Shown here one piece after another: positions 41,101 through 56,100 of a stretch of 64,000 bases of DNA. This stretch comes from the human T2T-CHM13v2.0 reference genome, Homo sapiens. Position numbers and translations under genes: made by a program. How positions within the stretch are numbered: the stretch's first letter is position 1; each line of letters begins with the position of its first letter. The stretch lies in NCBI RefSeq assembly GCF_009914755.1, contig NC_060932.1; one strand, written 5' to 3'. The notes under the pieces are model-generated. The model was given only the letters and a program-made list of their open reading frames with translations. It was not told where the DNA came from and ran no database searches.

Positions 41101-44100
41101 CCCCCTTTTTGTAGTGTCTGGAAGCGGGCATTTGGAGCGCTTTCAGGCCTATGCTGAAAAAGGAAATATCTACCTATAGAAACTAGACAGAAGCATTCTG
41201 AGAATCTCGTTTGTGATGTGGGTACTCAACTAACAGTGTTGATCCATTCTTTTGATACAGCAGTTTTGAACCACCCTTTTTGTAGAATCTGCAAGTGGAT
41301 ATTTGGATAGCTGTGAGGATTTCGTTGGAAACGGGAATGTCTTCATAGAAAATTTAGACAGAAGCATTCTCAGAACCTTGATTGTGATGTGTGTTCTCCA
41401 CTAACAGAGTTGAACCTTTCTTTTGACAGAACTGTTTTGAAACATTCTTTTTATAGAATCTGGAAGTGGATATTTGGAAAGCTTTGAGGATTTCGTTGGA
41501 AACGGGAATATCTTCAAATAAAATCTAGCCAGAAGCATTCTAAGAAACATCTTAGGGATGTTTACATTCAAGTCACAGAGTTGAACATTCCCTTTCACAG
41601 AGCACGTTTGAAACAATCTTCTCGTACTATCTGGAAGTGGACATTTTGAGCTCCTTGGGGCCTATGCTGAAAAAGGAAATATCTTCCGACAAAAACTAGA
41701 CAGAAGCATTCGCAGAATCACGTTTGTGATGTGTGCACTCAACTGTCAGAATTGAACCTTGGTTTGGACAGAGCACTTTTGAAACACTCTTTTTGTAGAA
41801 TCTGCAGGTGGATATTTGGCTAGCTTTGAGGATTTCGTTGGAAACGGTAATGTCTTCAAAGAAAATCTAGACAGAAACATCCTCAGAAACACCTTCGTGA
41901 TGTTTGCAATCAAGTCACAGAGTTGAACCTTCCGTTTCATAGAGCAGGTTGGAAACACTCATTTTGTAGTATCTGGAAGTGGACATTTGGAGCGCTTTCA
42001 GGCCTATGGTGTAAAAGGAAATAGCTTCCCATAAAAGCGACATAGAAGCTATCTCAGGAACTTGTTTATGATGCATCTAATCAACTAACAGTGTTGAACC
42101 TTTGTACTGACAGAGCAGTTTGAAACACTCTTTTTTTGGAATCTGCAAGTGGATATTTGTATCACTTTGAGGATTTCGTTGGAAACAGGATGCAATATAA
42201 AACTTACACAGCAGCATACTCAGAAAATACTTTGCCATATTTCCATTCAAGTCACAGAGTGGAACATTCCCATTCATAGAGCAGGTTTGAAACACTCTTT
42301 TTGGAGTATCTGGAAGTGGACATTTGGAGCGCTTTCTGAACTATGGTGAAAAAGGAAATATCTTCCAATGAAAACAAGACAGAAGCATTCTGAGAAACTT
42401 ATTTGTGATGCGTGTCCTCAACTAACGGACTCGAACCTTTCGTTTCATGCAGTACTTCTGGAACACTCTTTTTGAAGATTCTGCATGCGGATATTTGGAT
42501 AGCTTTGAGGATTTCGTTGGAAACGGGCTTACGTATAAAAATTAGACAGCAGCATTCTCAGAAACTTCTTTGTGGTGTCTGCATTCAAGTCACAGAACTG
42601 AACATCCCCTCACATAGAGCAGTTGTGCAGCACTCTATTTGTAGTATCTCGAAGTGGACATTTGGAGGGCTTTGTAGCCTATCTGGAAAAAGGAAATATC
42701 TTCCCATGAATGCGAGATAGAAGTAATCTCAGAAACATGTTTATGCTGTATCTATTCAACTAAGTGTGCTGAACATTTCTATTAATAGAGCAGTTTTGAG
42801 ACACTCTTCTTTTCGAATCTGCAAGTGGATATTTGGCTAGATTTGAGGATTTCGTTGGAAACGGGATTATATATAAAAAGTAGACAGCAGCATTCTCAGA
42901 AACTTCTTTGTGATGTTTGCATCCAGGTCCCAGAGTTGAACATTCCGTTTCATAGAGTAGGTTTGAAACCCCCTTTTTATAGTGTCTGGAAGCGGGCATT
43001 TGGAGTGCTTTCAGGCCTATGCTGAAAAAGGAAATATCTACCTACAGAAACTAGACAGAAGCATTCTGAGAATCACGTTTGTGATGTGGGTACTCAACTA
43101 ACAGTGTTGATTCATTCTTTTGATACAGCAGTTTTGAACCACCCTTTTTGTAGAATCTGCAAGTGGATATTTGGATAGCTGTGAGGATTCGTTGGGAACG
43201 GGAATTTCTTCATAGAAAATTTAGACAGAAGCATTCTCAGAACCTGGATTGTGATGTGTGTTCTCCACTAACAGAGTTGAACCTTTCTTTTGACAGAACT
43301 GTTTTGAAACATTCTTTTTATAGAATCTGGAAGTGGATATTTGGAAAGCTTTGAGGATTTCGTTGGAAACGGGAATATCTTCAAATAAAATCTAGCCAGA
43401 AGCATTCTAAGAAACATCTTAGGGATGTGTACATTCAAGTCACAGAGTTGAACATTCCCCTTTCTCAGAGCAGGTTTGAAACAATCTTCTCGTACTATCT
43501 GGCAGTGGACATTTTGAGCTCCTTGGGGCCTATGCTGAAAAAGGAAATATCTTCCGACAAAAACTAGACAGAAGCATTCGCAGAATCACGTTTGTGATGT
43601 GTGCACTCAACTGTCAGAATTGAACCTTTGTTTGGACAGAGCACTTTTGAAACACTCTTTTTGTAGAATCTGCAGGTGGATATTTGGCTAGCTTTGAGGA
43701 TTTCGTTGGAAACGGTAATGTCTTCAAAGAAAATCTAGACAGAAGCATTCTCAGAAACACCTTCGTGATGTTTGCAATCAAGTCACAGAGTTGAACCTTC
43801 CGTTTCATAGAGCAGGTAGGAAACACTCATTTTGTAGTATCTGGAAGTGGACATTTGGAGCGCTTTCAGGCCTATGGTGTAAAAGGAAATATCTTCCCAT
43901 AAAAGCGACATAGAAGCTATCTCAGGAACTTGTTTATGATGCATCTAATCAACTAACAGTGTTGAACCTTTGTACTGACAGAGCAGTTTGAAACACTCTT
44001 TTTTTGGAATCTGCAAGTGGATATTTGGATCGCTTTGAGGATTTCGTTGGAAACGGGATGCAATATAAAACGTACTCAGCAGCATACTCAGAAAATACTT

Positions 44101-47100
44101 TGCCATATTTCCATTCAAGTCACAGAGTGGAACATTCCCATTCATAGAGCAGGTTGGAAACACTCTTTTTGGAGTATCTGGAAGTGGACATTTGGAGCGC
44201 TTTCTGAACTATGGTGAAAAAGGAAATATGTTCCAATGAAAACAAGACAGAAGCATTCTGAGAAACTTATTTGTGATGCGTGTCCTCAACTAACGTACTC
44301 AAACCTTTCGTTTCATGCAGTACTTCTGGAACACTCTTTTTGAAGATTCTGCATGCGGATATTTGGATAGCTTTGAGGATTTCGTTGGATACGGGCTTAT
44401 ATATAAAAATTAGACAGCAGCATTCTCAGAAACTTCTTTGTGGTGTCTGCATTCAAGTCACAGAATTGAACATCCCCTCACATAGAGCAGTTGTGCAGCA
44501 CTCTATTTGTAGTATCTCGAAGTGGACATTTGGAGGGCTTTGTAGCCTATCTGGAAAAAGGGAATATCTTCCCATGAATGCGAGATAGAAGTAATCTCAG
44601 AAACAGGTTTATGCTGTATCTACTCAACTAACTGTGCTGAACATTTCTATTGATAGAGCAGTTTTGAGACACTCTTCTTTTGGAATCTGCAAGTGGATAT
44701 TTGGATAGATTTGAGGATTTAGTTGGAAACGGGATTATATATCAAAAGTAGACAGCAGCATTCTCAGAAACTTCTTTGTGATGTTTGCATCCAGCTCTCA
44801 GAGTTGAACATTCCCTTTCATAGAGTAGGTTTGAAACCCCCTTTTTATAGTGTCTGGAAGCGGGCATTTGGAGCGCTTTCAGGCCTATGCTGAAAAAGGA
44901 AATATCTACCTACAGAAACTAGACAGAAGCATTCTGAGAATCACGTTTGTGATGTGGGTCCTCAACTAACAGTGTTGATTCATTCTTTTGATACAGCAGT
45001 TTTGAACCACACTTTTTGTAGAATCTGCAAGTGGATATTTGGATAGCTGTGAGGATTTCGTTGGAAACGGGAATGTCTTCATAGAAAATTTAGACAGAAG
45101 CATTCTCAGAACCTGGATTGTGATGTGTGTTCTCCACTAACAGAGTTGAACCTTTCTTTTGACAGAACTGTTTTGAAACATTCTTTTTATAGAATCTGGA
45201 AGTGGATATTTGGAAAGCTTTGAGGATTTCGTTGGAAACGGGAATATCTTCAAATAAAATCTAGCCAGAAGCATTCTAAGAAACATCTTAGGGATGTGTA
45301 CATTCAAGTCACAGAGTTGAACATTCCCCTTTCTCAGAGCAGGTTTGAAACAATCTTCTCGTACTATCTGGCAGTGGACATTTTGAGCTCCTTGGGGCCT
45401 ATGCTGAAAAAGGAAATATCTTCCGACAAAAACTAGACAGAAGCATTCGCAGAATCACGTTTGTGATGTGTGAACTCAACTGTCAGAATTGAACCTTGGT
45501 TTGGACAGAGCACTTTTGAAACACTCTTTTTGTAGAATCTGCAGGTGGATATTTGGCTAGCTTTGAGGATTTCGTTGGAAACGGTAATGTCTTCAAAGAA
45601 AATCTAGACAGAAACATCCTCAGAAACACCTTCGTGATGTTTGCAATCAAGTCACAGAGTTGAACCTTCCGTTTCATAGAGCAGGTTGGAAACACGCATT
45701 TTGTAGTATCTGGAAGTGGACATTTGGAGCGCTTTCAGGCCTATGGTGTAAAAGGAAATATCTTCCCATAAAAGCGACATAGAAGCTATCTCAGGAACTT
45801 GTTTATGATGCATCTAATCAACTAACAGTGTTGAACCTTTGTACTGACAGAGCAGTTTGAAACACTCTTTTTTTGGAATCTGCAAGTGGATATTTGGATC
45901 GCTTTGAGGATTTCGTTAGAAACGGGATGCAATATAAAACGTACTCAGCAGCATACTCAGAAAATACTTTGCCATATTTCCATTCAAGTCACAGAGTGGA
46001 ACATTCCCATTCATAGAGCAGGTTTGAAACACTCTTTTTGGAGTATCTGGAAGTGGACATTTGGAGCGCTTTCTGAACTATGGTGAAAAAGGAAATATGT
46101 TCCAATGAAAACAAGACAGAAGCATTCTGAGAAACTTATTTGTGATGCGTGTCCTCAACTAACGTACTCAAACCTTTCGTTTCATGCAGTACTTCTGGAA
46201 CACTCTTTTTGAAGATTCTGCATGCGGATATTTGGATAGCTTTGAGGATTTCGTTGGATACGGGCTTATATATAAAAATTAGACAGCAGCATTCTCAGAA
46301 ACTTCTTTGTGGTGTCTGCATTCAAGTCACAGAATTGAACATCCCCTCACATAGAGCAGTTGTGCAGCACTCTATTTGTAGTATCTCGAAGTGGACATTT
46401 GGAGGGCTTTGTAGCCTATCTGGAAAAAGGGAATATCTTCCCATGAATGCGAGATAGAAGTAATCTCAGAAACAGGTTTATGCTGTATCTACTCAACTAA
46501 CTGTGCTGAACATTTCTATTGATAGAGCAGTTTTGAGACACTCTTCTTTTGGAATCTGCAAGTGGATATTTGGCTAGATTTGAGGATTTCGTTGGAAACG
46601 GGATTATATATCAAAAGTAGACAGCAGCATTCTCAGAAACTTCTTTGTGATGTTTGCATCCAGCTCTCAGAGTTGAACATTCCCTTTCATAGAGTAGGTT
46701 TGAAACCCCCTTTTTATAGTGTCTGGAAGCGGGCATTTGGAGCGCTTTCAGGCCTATGCTGAAAAAGGAAATATCTACCTACAGAAACTAGACAGAAGCA
46801 TTCTGAGAATCACGTTTGTGATGTGGGTCCTCAACTAACAGTGTTGATCCATTCTTTTGATACAGCAGTTTTGAACCACACTTTTTGTAGAATCTGCAAG
46901 TGGATATTTGGATAGCTGTGAGGATTTCGTTGGAAACGGGAATGTCTTCATAGAAAATTTAGACAGAAGCATTCTCAGAACCTGGATTGTGATGTGTGTT
47001 CTCCACTAACAGAGTTGAACCTTCCTTTGGACAGAACTGTTTTGAAACATTCTTTTTATAGAATCTGGAAGTGGATATTTGGAAAGCTTTGAGGATTTCG

Positions 47101-50100
47101 TTGGAAACGGGAATATCTTCAAATCAAATCTAGCCAGAAGCATTCTAAGAAACATCTTAGGGATGTGTACATTCAAGTCACAGAGTTGAACATTCCCCTT
47201 TCTCAGAGCAGGTTTGAAACAATCTTCTCGTACTATCTGGCAGTGGACATTTTGAGCTCCTTGGGGCCTATGCTGAAAAAGGAAATATATTCCGACAAAA
47301 ACTAGAGAGAGGCATTCGCAGAATCACGTTTGTGATGTGTGCACTCAACTGTCAGAATTGAACCTTGGTTTGGACAGAGCACTTTTGAAACACTCTTTTT
47401 GTAGAATCTGCAGGTGGATATTTGGCTAGCTTTGAGGATTTCGTTGGAAACGGTAATGTCTTCAAAGAAAATCTAGACAGAAACATCCTCTGAAACACCT
47501 TCGTGATGTTTGCAATCAAGTCACAGAGTTGAACCTTCCGTTTCATGGAGCAGGTTTGAAACACTCATTTTGTAGTATCTGGAAGTGGACATTTGGAGCG
47601 CTTTCAGGCCTATGGTGTAAAAGGAAATATCTTCCCATAAAAGCGACATAGAAGCTATCTCAGGAACTTGTTTATGATGCATCTAATCAACTAACAGTGT
47701 TGAACCTTTGTACTGACAGAGCAGTTTGAAACACTCTTTTTTTGGAATCTGCAAGTGGATATTTGGATCGCTTTGAGGATTTCGTTGGAAACGGGATGCA
47801 ATATCAAACGTACACAGCAGCATACTCAGAAAATACTTTGCCATATTTCCATTCAAGTCACAGAGTGGAACATTCCCATTCATAGAGCAGGTTTGAAACA
47901 CTCTTTTTGGAGTATCTGGAAGTGGACATTTGGAGCGCTTTCTGAACTATGGTGAAAAAGGAAATATCTTCCAATGAAAACAAGACAGAAGCATTCTGAG
48001 AAACTTATTTGTGATGCGTGTCCTCAACTAACGTACTCAAACCTTTCGTTTCATGCAGTACTTCTGGAACACTCTTTTTGAAGATTCTGCATGCGGATAT
48101 TTGGATACCTTTGAGGATTTCGTGGGAAACGGGCTTACATATAAAAATTAGACAGCAGCATTCTCAGAAACTTCTTTGTGGTGTCTGCATTCAAGTCACA
48201 TAATTGAACATCCCCTCACATAGAGCAGTTGTGCAGCACTCTATTTGTAGTATCTCGAAGTGGACATTTGGAGGGCTTTGTAGCCTATCTGGAAAAAGGA
48301 AATATCTTCCCATGAATGCGAGATAGAAGTAATCTCAGAAACATGTTTATGCTGTATCTACTCAACTAACTGTGCTGAACATTTCTATTGATAGAGCAGT
48401 TTTGAGACACTCTTCTTTTGGAATCTGCAAGTGGATATTTGGCTAGATTTGAGGATTTCGTTGGAAACGGGATTATATATAAAAAGTAGACAGCAGCATT
48501 CTCAGAAACTTCTTTGTGATGTTTGCATCCAGCTCTCAGAGTTGAACATTCCCTTTCATAGAGTAGATTTGAAACCCCCTTTTTATAGTGACTGGAAGCG
48601 GGCATTTGGAGCCCTTTCAGGCCTATGCTGAAAAAGGAAATATCTACCTACAGAAACTAGACAGAAGCATTCTGAGAATCACGTTTGTGATGTGGGTACT
48701 CAACTAACAGTGTTGATCCATTCTTTTGATACAGCAGTTTTGAACCACCCTTTTTGTAGAATCTGCAATGGATATTTGGATAGCTGTGAGGATTCGTTGG
48801 GAACGGGAATTTCTTCATAGAAAATTTAGACAGAAGCATTCTCAGAACCTGGATTGTGATGTGTGTTCTCCACTAACAGAGTTGAACCTTTCTTTCGACA
48901 GAACTGTTTTGAAACATTCTTTTTATAGAATCTGGAAGTGGATATTTGGAAAGCTTTGAGGATTTCGTTGGAAACGGGAATATCTTCAAATAAAATCTAG
49001 CCAGAAGCATTCTAAGAAACATCTTAGGGATGTTTACATTCAAGTCACAGAGTTGAACATTCCCCTTTCTCAGAGCAGGTTTGAAACAATCTTCTCGTAC
49101 TATCTGGCAGTGGACATTTTGAGCTCCTTGGGGCCTATGCTGATAAAGGAAATATCTTCCGACAAAAACTAGACAGAAGCATTCGCAGAATCACGTTTGT
49201 GATGTGTGCACTCAACTGTCAGAATTGAACCTTTGTTTGGACAGAGCACTTTTGAAACACTCTTTTTGTAGGATCTGCAGGTGGATATTTGGCTAGCTTT
49301 GAGGATTTCGTTGGAAACGGTAATGTCTTCAAAGAAAATCTAGACAGAAACATCCTCAGAAACACCTTCGTGATGTTTGCAATCAAGTCACAGAGTTGAA
49401 CCTTCCGTTTCATAGAGCAGGTTGGAAACACTCATTTTGTAGTATCTGGAAGTGGACATTTGGAGCGCTTTCAGGCCTATGGTGTAAAAGGAAATATCTT
49501 CCCATAAAAGCGACATAGAAGCTATCTCAGGAACTTGTTTATGATGCCTCCAATCAACTAACAGTGTTGAACCTTTGTACTGACAGAGCAGTTTGAAACA
49601 CTCTTTTTTTGGAATCTGCAAGTGGATATTTGGATCGCTTTGAGGATTTCGTTGGAAACGGGATGCAATATAAAACGTACACAGCAGCATACTCCGAAAA
49701 TATTTTGCCATATTTCCATTCAAGTCACAGAGTGGAACATTCCCATTCATAGAGCAGGTTTGAAACACTCTTTTTGGAGTATCTGGAAGTGGACATTTGG
49801 AGCGCTTTCTGAACTATGGTGAAAAGGGAAATATGTTCCAATGAAAACAAGACAGAAGCATTCTGAGAAACTTATTTGTGATGCGTGTCCTCAACTAACG
49901 GACTCGAAGCTTTGGTTTCATGCAGTACTTCTGGAACACTCTTTTTGAAGATTCTGCATGCGGATATTTGGTTAGCTTTGAGGATTTCGTTGGAAACGGG
50001 CTTACATATAAAAATTAGACAGCAGCATTCTCAGAAACTTCTATGTGGTGTCTGCATTCAAGTCACAGAATTGAACATCCCCTCACATAGAGCAGTTGTG

Positions 50101-53100
50101 CAGCACTCTATTTGTAGTATCTCGAAGTGGACATTTGGAGGGCTTTGTAGCCTATCTGGAAAAAGGAAATATCTTCCCATGAATGCGAGATAGAAGTAAT
50201 CTCAGAAACATGTTTATGCTGTATCTACTCAACTAACTGTGCTGAACATTTCTATTGATAGAGCAGTTTTGAGACACTCTTCTTTTGGAATCTGCAAGTG
50301 GATATTTGGCTAGATTTGAGGATTTCGTTGGAAACGGGATTATATATCAAAAGTAGACAGCAGCATTCTCAGAAACTTCTTTGTGATGTTTGCATCCAGC
50401 TCTCAGAGTTGAACATTCCCTTTCATAGAGTAGGTTTGAAACCCCCTTTTTATAGTGTCTGGAAGCGGGCATTTGGAGCGCTTTCAGGCCTATGCTGAAA
50501 AAGGAAATATCTACCTACAGAAACTAGACAGAAGCATTCTGAGAATCACGTTTGTGATGTGGGTACTCAACTAACAGTGTTGATCCATTCTTTTGATACA
50601 GCAGTTTTGAACCACCTTTTTTGTAGAATCTGCAAGTGGATATTTGGATAGCTGTGAGGATTTCGTTGGAAACGGGAATGTCTTCATAGAAAATTTAGAC
50701 AGAAGCATTCTCAGAACCTGGATTGTGATGTGTGTTCTCCACTAACAGAGTTGAACCTTTCTTTGGACAGAACTGTTTTGAAACATTCTTTTTATAGAAT
50801 CTGGAAGTGTATATTTGGAAAGCTTTGAGGATTTCGTTGGAAACGGGAATATCTTCAAATAAAATCTAGCCAGAAGCATTCTAAGAAACATCTTAGGGAT
50901 GTGTACATTCAAGTCACAGAGTTGAACATTCCCCTTTCTCAGAGCAGGTTTGAAACAATCTTCTCGTACTATCTGGCAGTGGACATTTTGAGCTCCTTGG
51001 GGCCTATGCTGAAAAAGGAAATATCTTCCGACAAAAACTAGACAGAAGCATTCGCAGAATCACGTTTGTGATGTGTGCACTCAACTGTCAGAATTGAACC
51101 TTTGTTTGGACAGAGCACTTTTGAAACACTCTTTTTGTAGGATCTGCAGGTGGATATTTGGCTAGCTTTGAGGATTTCGTTGGAAACGGTAATGTCTTCA
51201 AAGAAAATCTAGACAGAAACATCCTCAGAAACACCTTCGTGATGTTTGCAATCAAGTCACAGAGTTGAACCTTCCGTTTCATAGAGCAGGTTGGAAACAC
51301 TCATTTTGTAGTATCTGGAAGTGGACATTTGGAGCGCTTTCAGGCCTATGGTGTAAAAGGAAATATCTTCCCATAAAAGCGACATAGAAGCTATCTCAGG
51401 AACTTGTTTATGATGCCTCTAATCAACTAACAGTGTTGAACCTTTGTACTGACAGAGCAGTTTGAAACACTCTTTTTTTGGAATCTGCAAGTGGATATTT
51501 GGATCGCTTTGAGGATTTCGTTGGAAACGGGATGCAATATAAAACGTACACAGCAGCATACTCAGAAAATACTTTGCCATATTTCCATTCAAGTCACAGA
51601 GTGGAACATTCCCATTCATAGAGCAGGTTGGAAACACTCTTTTTGGAGTATCTGGAAGTGGACATTTGGAGCGCTTTCTGAACTATGGTGAAAAGGGAAA
51701 TATGTTCCAATGAAAACAAGACAGAAGCATTCTGAGAAACTTATTTGTGATGCGTGTCCTCAACTAACGGACTCGAAGCTTTCGTTTCATGCAGTACTTC
51801 TGGAACACTCTTTTTGAAGATTCTGCATGCGGATATTTGGTTATCTTTGAGGATTTCGTTGGAAACGGGCTTACATATAAAAATTAGACAGCAGCATTCT
51901 CAGAAACTTCTTTGTGGTGTCTGCTTTCAAGTCACAGAATTGAACATCCCCTCACATAGAGCAGTTGTGCAGCACTCTATTTGTAGTATCTCGAAGTGGA
52001 CATTTGGAGGGCTTTGTAGCCTATCTGGAAAAAGGAAATATCTTCCCATGAATGCGAGATAGAAGTAATCTCAGAAACATGTTTATGCTGTATCTACTCA
52101 ACTAACTGTGCTGAACATTTCTATTGATAGAGCAGTTTTGAGACACTCTTCTTTTGGAATCTGCAAGTGGATATTTGGCTAGATTTGAGGATTTCGTTGG
52201 AAACGGGATTATATATCAAAAGTAGACAGCAGCATTCTCAGAAACTTCTTTGTGATGTTTGCATCCAGCTCTCAGAGTTGAACATTCCCTTTCATAGAGT
52301 AGGTTTGAAACCCCCTTTTTATAGTGTCTGGAAGTGGGCATTTGGAGCGCTTTCAGGCCTATGCTGAAAAAGGAAATATCTACCTACAGAAACTAGACAG
52401 AAGCATTCTGAGAATCACGTTTGTGATGTGGGTACTCAACTAACAGTGTTGATCCATTCTTTTGATACAGCAGTTTTGAACCACCCTTTTTGTAGAATCT
52501 GCAAGTGGATATTTGGATAGCTGTGAGGATTTCGTTGGAAACGGGAATGTCTTCATAGAAAATTTAGACAGAAGCATTCTCAGAACCTGGATTGTGGTGT
52601 GTGTTCTCCACTAACAGAGTTGAACCTTTCTTTTGACAGAACTGTTTTGAAACATTCTTTTTATAGAATCTGGAAGTGGATATTTGGAAAGCTTTGAGGA
52701 TTTCGTTAGAAACGGGAATATCTTCAAATAAAATCTAGCCAGAAGCATTCTAAGAAACATCTTAGGGATGTGTACATTCAAGTCACAGAGTTGAACATTC
52801 CCCTTTCTCAGAGCAGGTTTGAAACAATCTTCTCGTACTATCTGGCAGTGGACATTTTGAGCTCCTTGGGGCCTATGCTGAAAAAGGAAATATCTTCCGA
52901 CAAAAACTAGACAGAAGCATTCGCAGAATCACGTTTGTGATGTGTGCACTCAACTGTCAGAATTGAACCTTTGTTTGGACAGAGCACTTTTGAAACACTC
53001 TTTTTGTAGGATCTGCAGGTGGATATTTGGCTAGCTTTGAGGATTTCGTTGGAAACGGTAATGTCTTCAAAGAAAATCTAGACAGAAACATCCTCAGAAA

Positions 53101-56100
53101 CACCTTCGTGATGTTTGCAATCAAGTCACAGAGTTGAACCTTCCGTTTCATAGAGCAGGTTGGAAACACTCATTTTGTAGTATCTGGAAGTGGACATTTG
53201 GAGCGCTTTCAGGCCTATGGTGTAAAAGGAAATATCTTCCCATAAAAGCGACATAGAAGCTATCTCAGGAACTTGTTTATGATGCCTCTAATCAACTAAC
53301 AGTGTTGAACCTTTGTACTGACAGAGCAGTTTGAAACACTCTTTTTTTGGAATCTGCAAGTGGATATTTGGATCGCTTTGAGGATTTCGTTGGAAACGGG
53401 ATGCAATATAAAACGTACACAGCAGCATACTCAGAAAATACTTTGCCATATTTCCATTCAAGTCACAGAGTGGAACATTCCCATTCATAGAGCAGGTTGG
53501 AAACACTCTTTTTGGAGTATCTGGAAGTGGACATTTGGAGCGCTTTCTGAACTATGGTGAAAAGGGAAATATGTTCCAATGAAAACAAGACAGAAGCATT
53601 CTGAGAAACTTATTTGTGATGCGTGTCCTCAACTAACGGACTCGAAGCTTTCGTTTCATGCAGTACTTCTGGAACACTCTTTTTGAAGATTCTGCATGCG
53701 GATATTTGGTTAGCTTTGAGGATTTCGTTGGAAACGGGCTTACATATAAAAATTAGACAGCAGCATTCTCAGAAACTTCTTTGTGGTGTCTGCTTTCAAG
53801 TCACAGAATTGAACATCCCCTCACATAGAGCAGTTGTGCAGCACTCTATTTGTAGTATCTCGAAGTGGACATTTGGAGGGCTTTGTAGCCTATCTGGAAA
53901 AAGGAAATATCTTCCCATGAATGCGAGATAGAAGTAATCTCAGAAACATGTTTATGCTGTATCTACTCAACTAACTGTGCTGAACATTTCTATTGATAGA
54001 GCAGTTTTGAGACACTCTTCTTTTGGAATCTGCAAGTGGATATTTGGCTAGATTTGAGGATTTCGTTGGAAACGGGATTATATATCAAAAGTAGACAGCA
54101 GCATTCTCAGAAACTTCTTTGTGATGTTTGCATCCAGCTCTCAGAGTTGAACATTCCCTTTCATAGAGTAGGTTTGAAACCCCCTTTTTATAGTGTCTGG
54201 AAGTGGGCATTTGGAGCGCTTTCAGGCCTATGCTGAAAAAGGAAATATCTACCTACAGAAACTAGACAGAAGCATTCTGAGAATCACGTTTGTGATGTGG
54301 GTACTCAACTAACAGTGTTGATCCATTCTTTTGATACAGCAGTTTTGAACCACCTTTTTTGTAGAATCTGCAAGTGGATATTTGGATAGCTGTGAGGATT
54401 TCGTTGGAAACGGGAATGTCTTCATAGAAAATTTAGACAGAAGCATTCTCAGAACCTGGATTGTGGTGTGTGTTCTCCACTAACAGAGTTGAACCTTTCT
54501 TTTGACAGAACTGTTTTGAAACATTCTTTTTATAGAATCTGGAAGTGGATATTTGGAAAGCTTTGAGGATTTCGTTAGAAACGGGAATATCTTCAAATAA
54601 AATCTAGCCAGAAGCATTCTAAGAAACATCTTAGGGATGTGTACATTCAAGTCACAGAGTTGAACATTCCCCTTTCTCAGAGCAGGTTTGAAACAATCTT
54701 CTCGTACTATCTGGCAGTGGACATTTTGAGCTCCTTGGGGCCTATGCTGAAAAAGGAAATATCTTCCGACAAAAACTAGACAGAAGCATTCGCAGAATCA
54801 CGTTTGTGATGTGTTCACTCAACTGTCAGAATTGAACCTTTGTTTGGACAGAGCACTTTTGAAACACTCTTTTTGTAGGATCTGCAGGTGGATATTTGGC
54901 TAGCTTTGAGGATTTCGTTGGAAACGGTAATGTCTTCAAAGAAAATCTAGACAGAAACATCCTCAGAAACACCTTCGTGATGTTTGCAATCAAGTCACAG
55001 AGTTGAACCTTCCGTTTCATAGAGCAGGTTGGAAACACTCATTTTGTAGTATCTGGAAGTGGACATTTGGAGCGCTTTCAGGCCTATGGTGTAAAAGGAA
55101 ATATCTTCCCATAAAAGCGACATAGAAGCTATCTCAGGAACTTGTTTATGATGCCTCTAATCAACTAACAGTGTTGAACCTTTGTACTGACAGAGCAGTT
55201 TGAAACACTCTTTTTTTGGAATCTGCAAGTGGATATTTGGATCGCTTTGAGGATTTCGTTGGAAACGGGATGCAATATAAAACGTACACAGCAGCATACT
55301 CAGAAAATACTTTGCCATATTTCCATTCAAGTCACAGAGTGGAACATTCCCATTCATAGAGCAGGTTGGAAACACTCTTTTTGGAGTATCTGGAAGTGGA
55401 CATTTGGAGCGCTTTCTGAACTATGGTGAAAAGGGAAATATGTTCCAATGAAAACAAGACAGAAGCATTCTGAGAAACTTATTTGTGATGCGTGTCCTCA
55501 ACTAACGGACTCGAAGCTTTGGTTTCATGCAGTACTTCTGGAACACTCTTTTTGAAGATTCTGCATGCGGATATTTGGTTAGCTTTGAGGATTTCGTTGG
55601 AAACGGGCTTACATATAAAAATTAGACAGCAGCATTCTCAGAAACTTCTTTGTGGTGTCTGCATTCAAGTCACAGAATTGAACATCCCCTCACATAGAGC
55701 AGTTGTGCAGCACTCTATTTGTAGTATCTCGAAGTGGACATTTGGAGGGCTTTGTAGCCTATCTGGAAAAAGGAAATATCTTCCCATGAATGCGAGATAG
55801 AAGTAATCTCAGAAACATGTTTATGCTGTATCTACTCAACTAACTGTGCTGAACATTTCTATTGATAGAGCAGTTTTGAGACACTCTTCTTTTGGAATCT
55901 GCTAGTGGATATTTGGATAGATTTGAGGATTTCATTGGAAACGGGATTATATATAAAAAGTAGACAGCAGCATTCTCAGAAACTTCTTTGTGATGTTTGC
56001 ATCCAGCTCTCAGAGTTGAACATTCCCTTTCACAGAGTAGGTTTGAAACCCCCTTTTTATAGTGTCTGGAAGCGGGCATTTGGAATGCTTTCAGGCCTAT

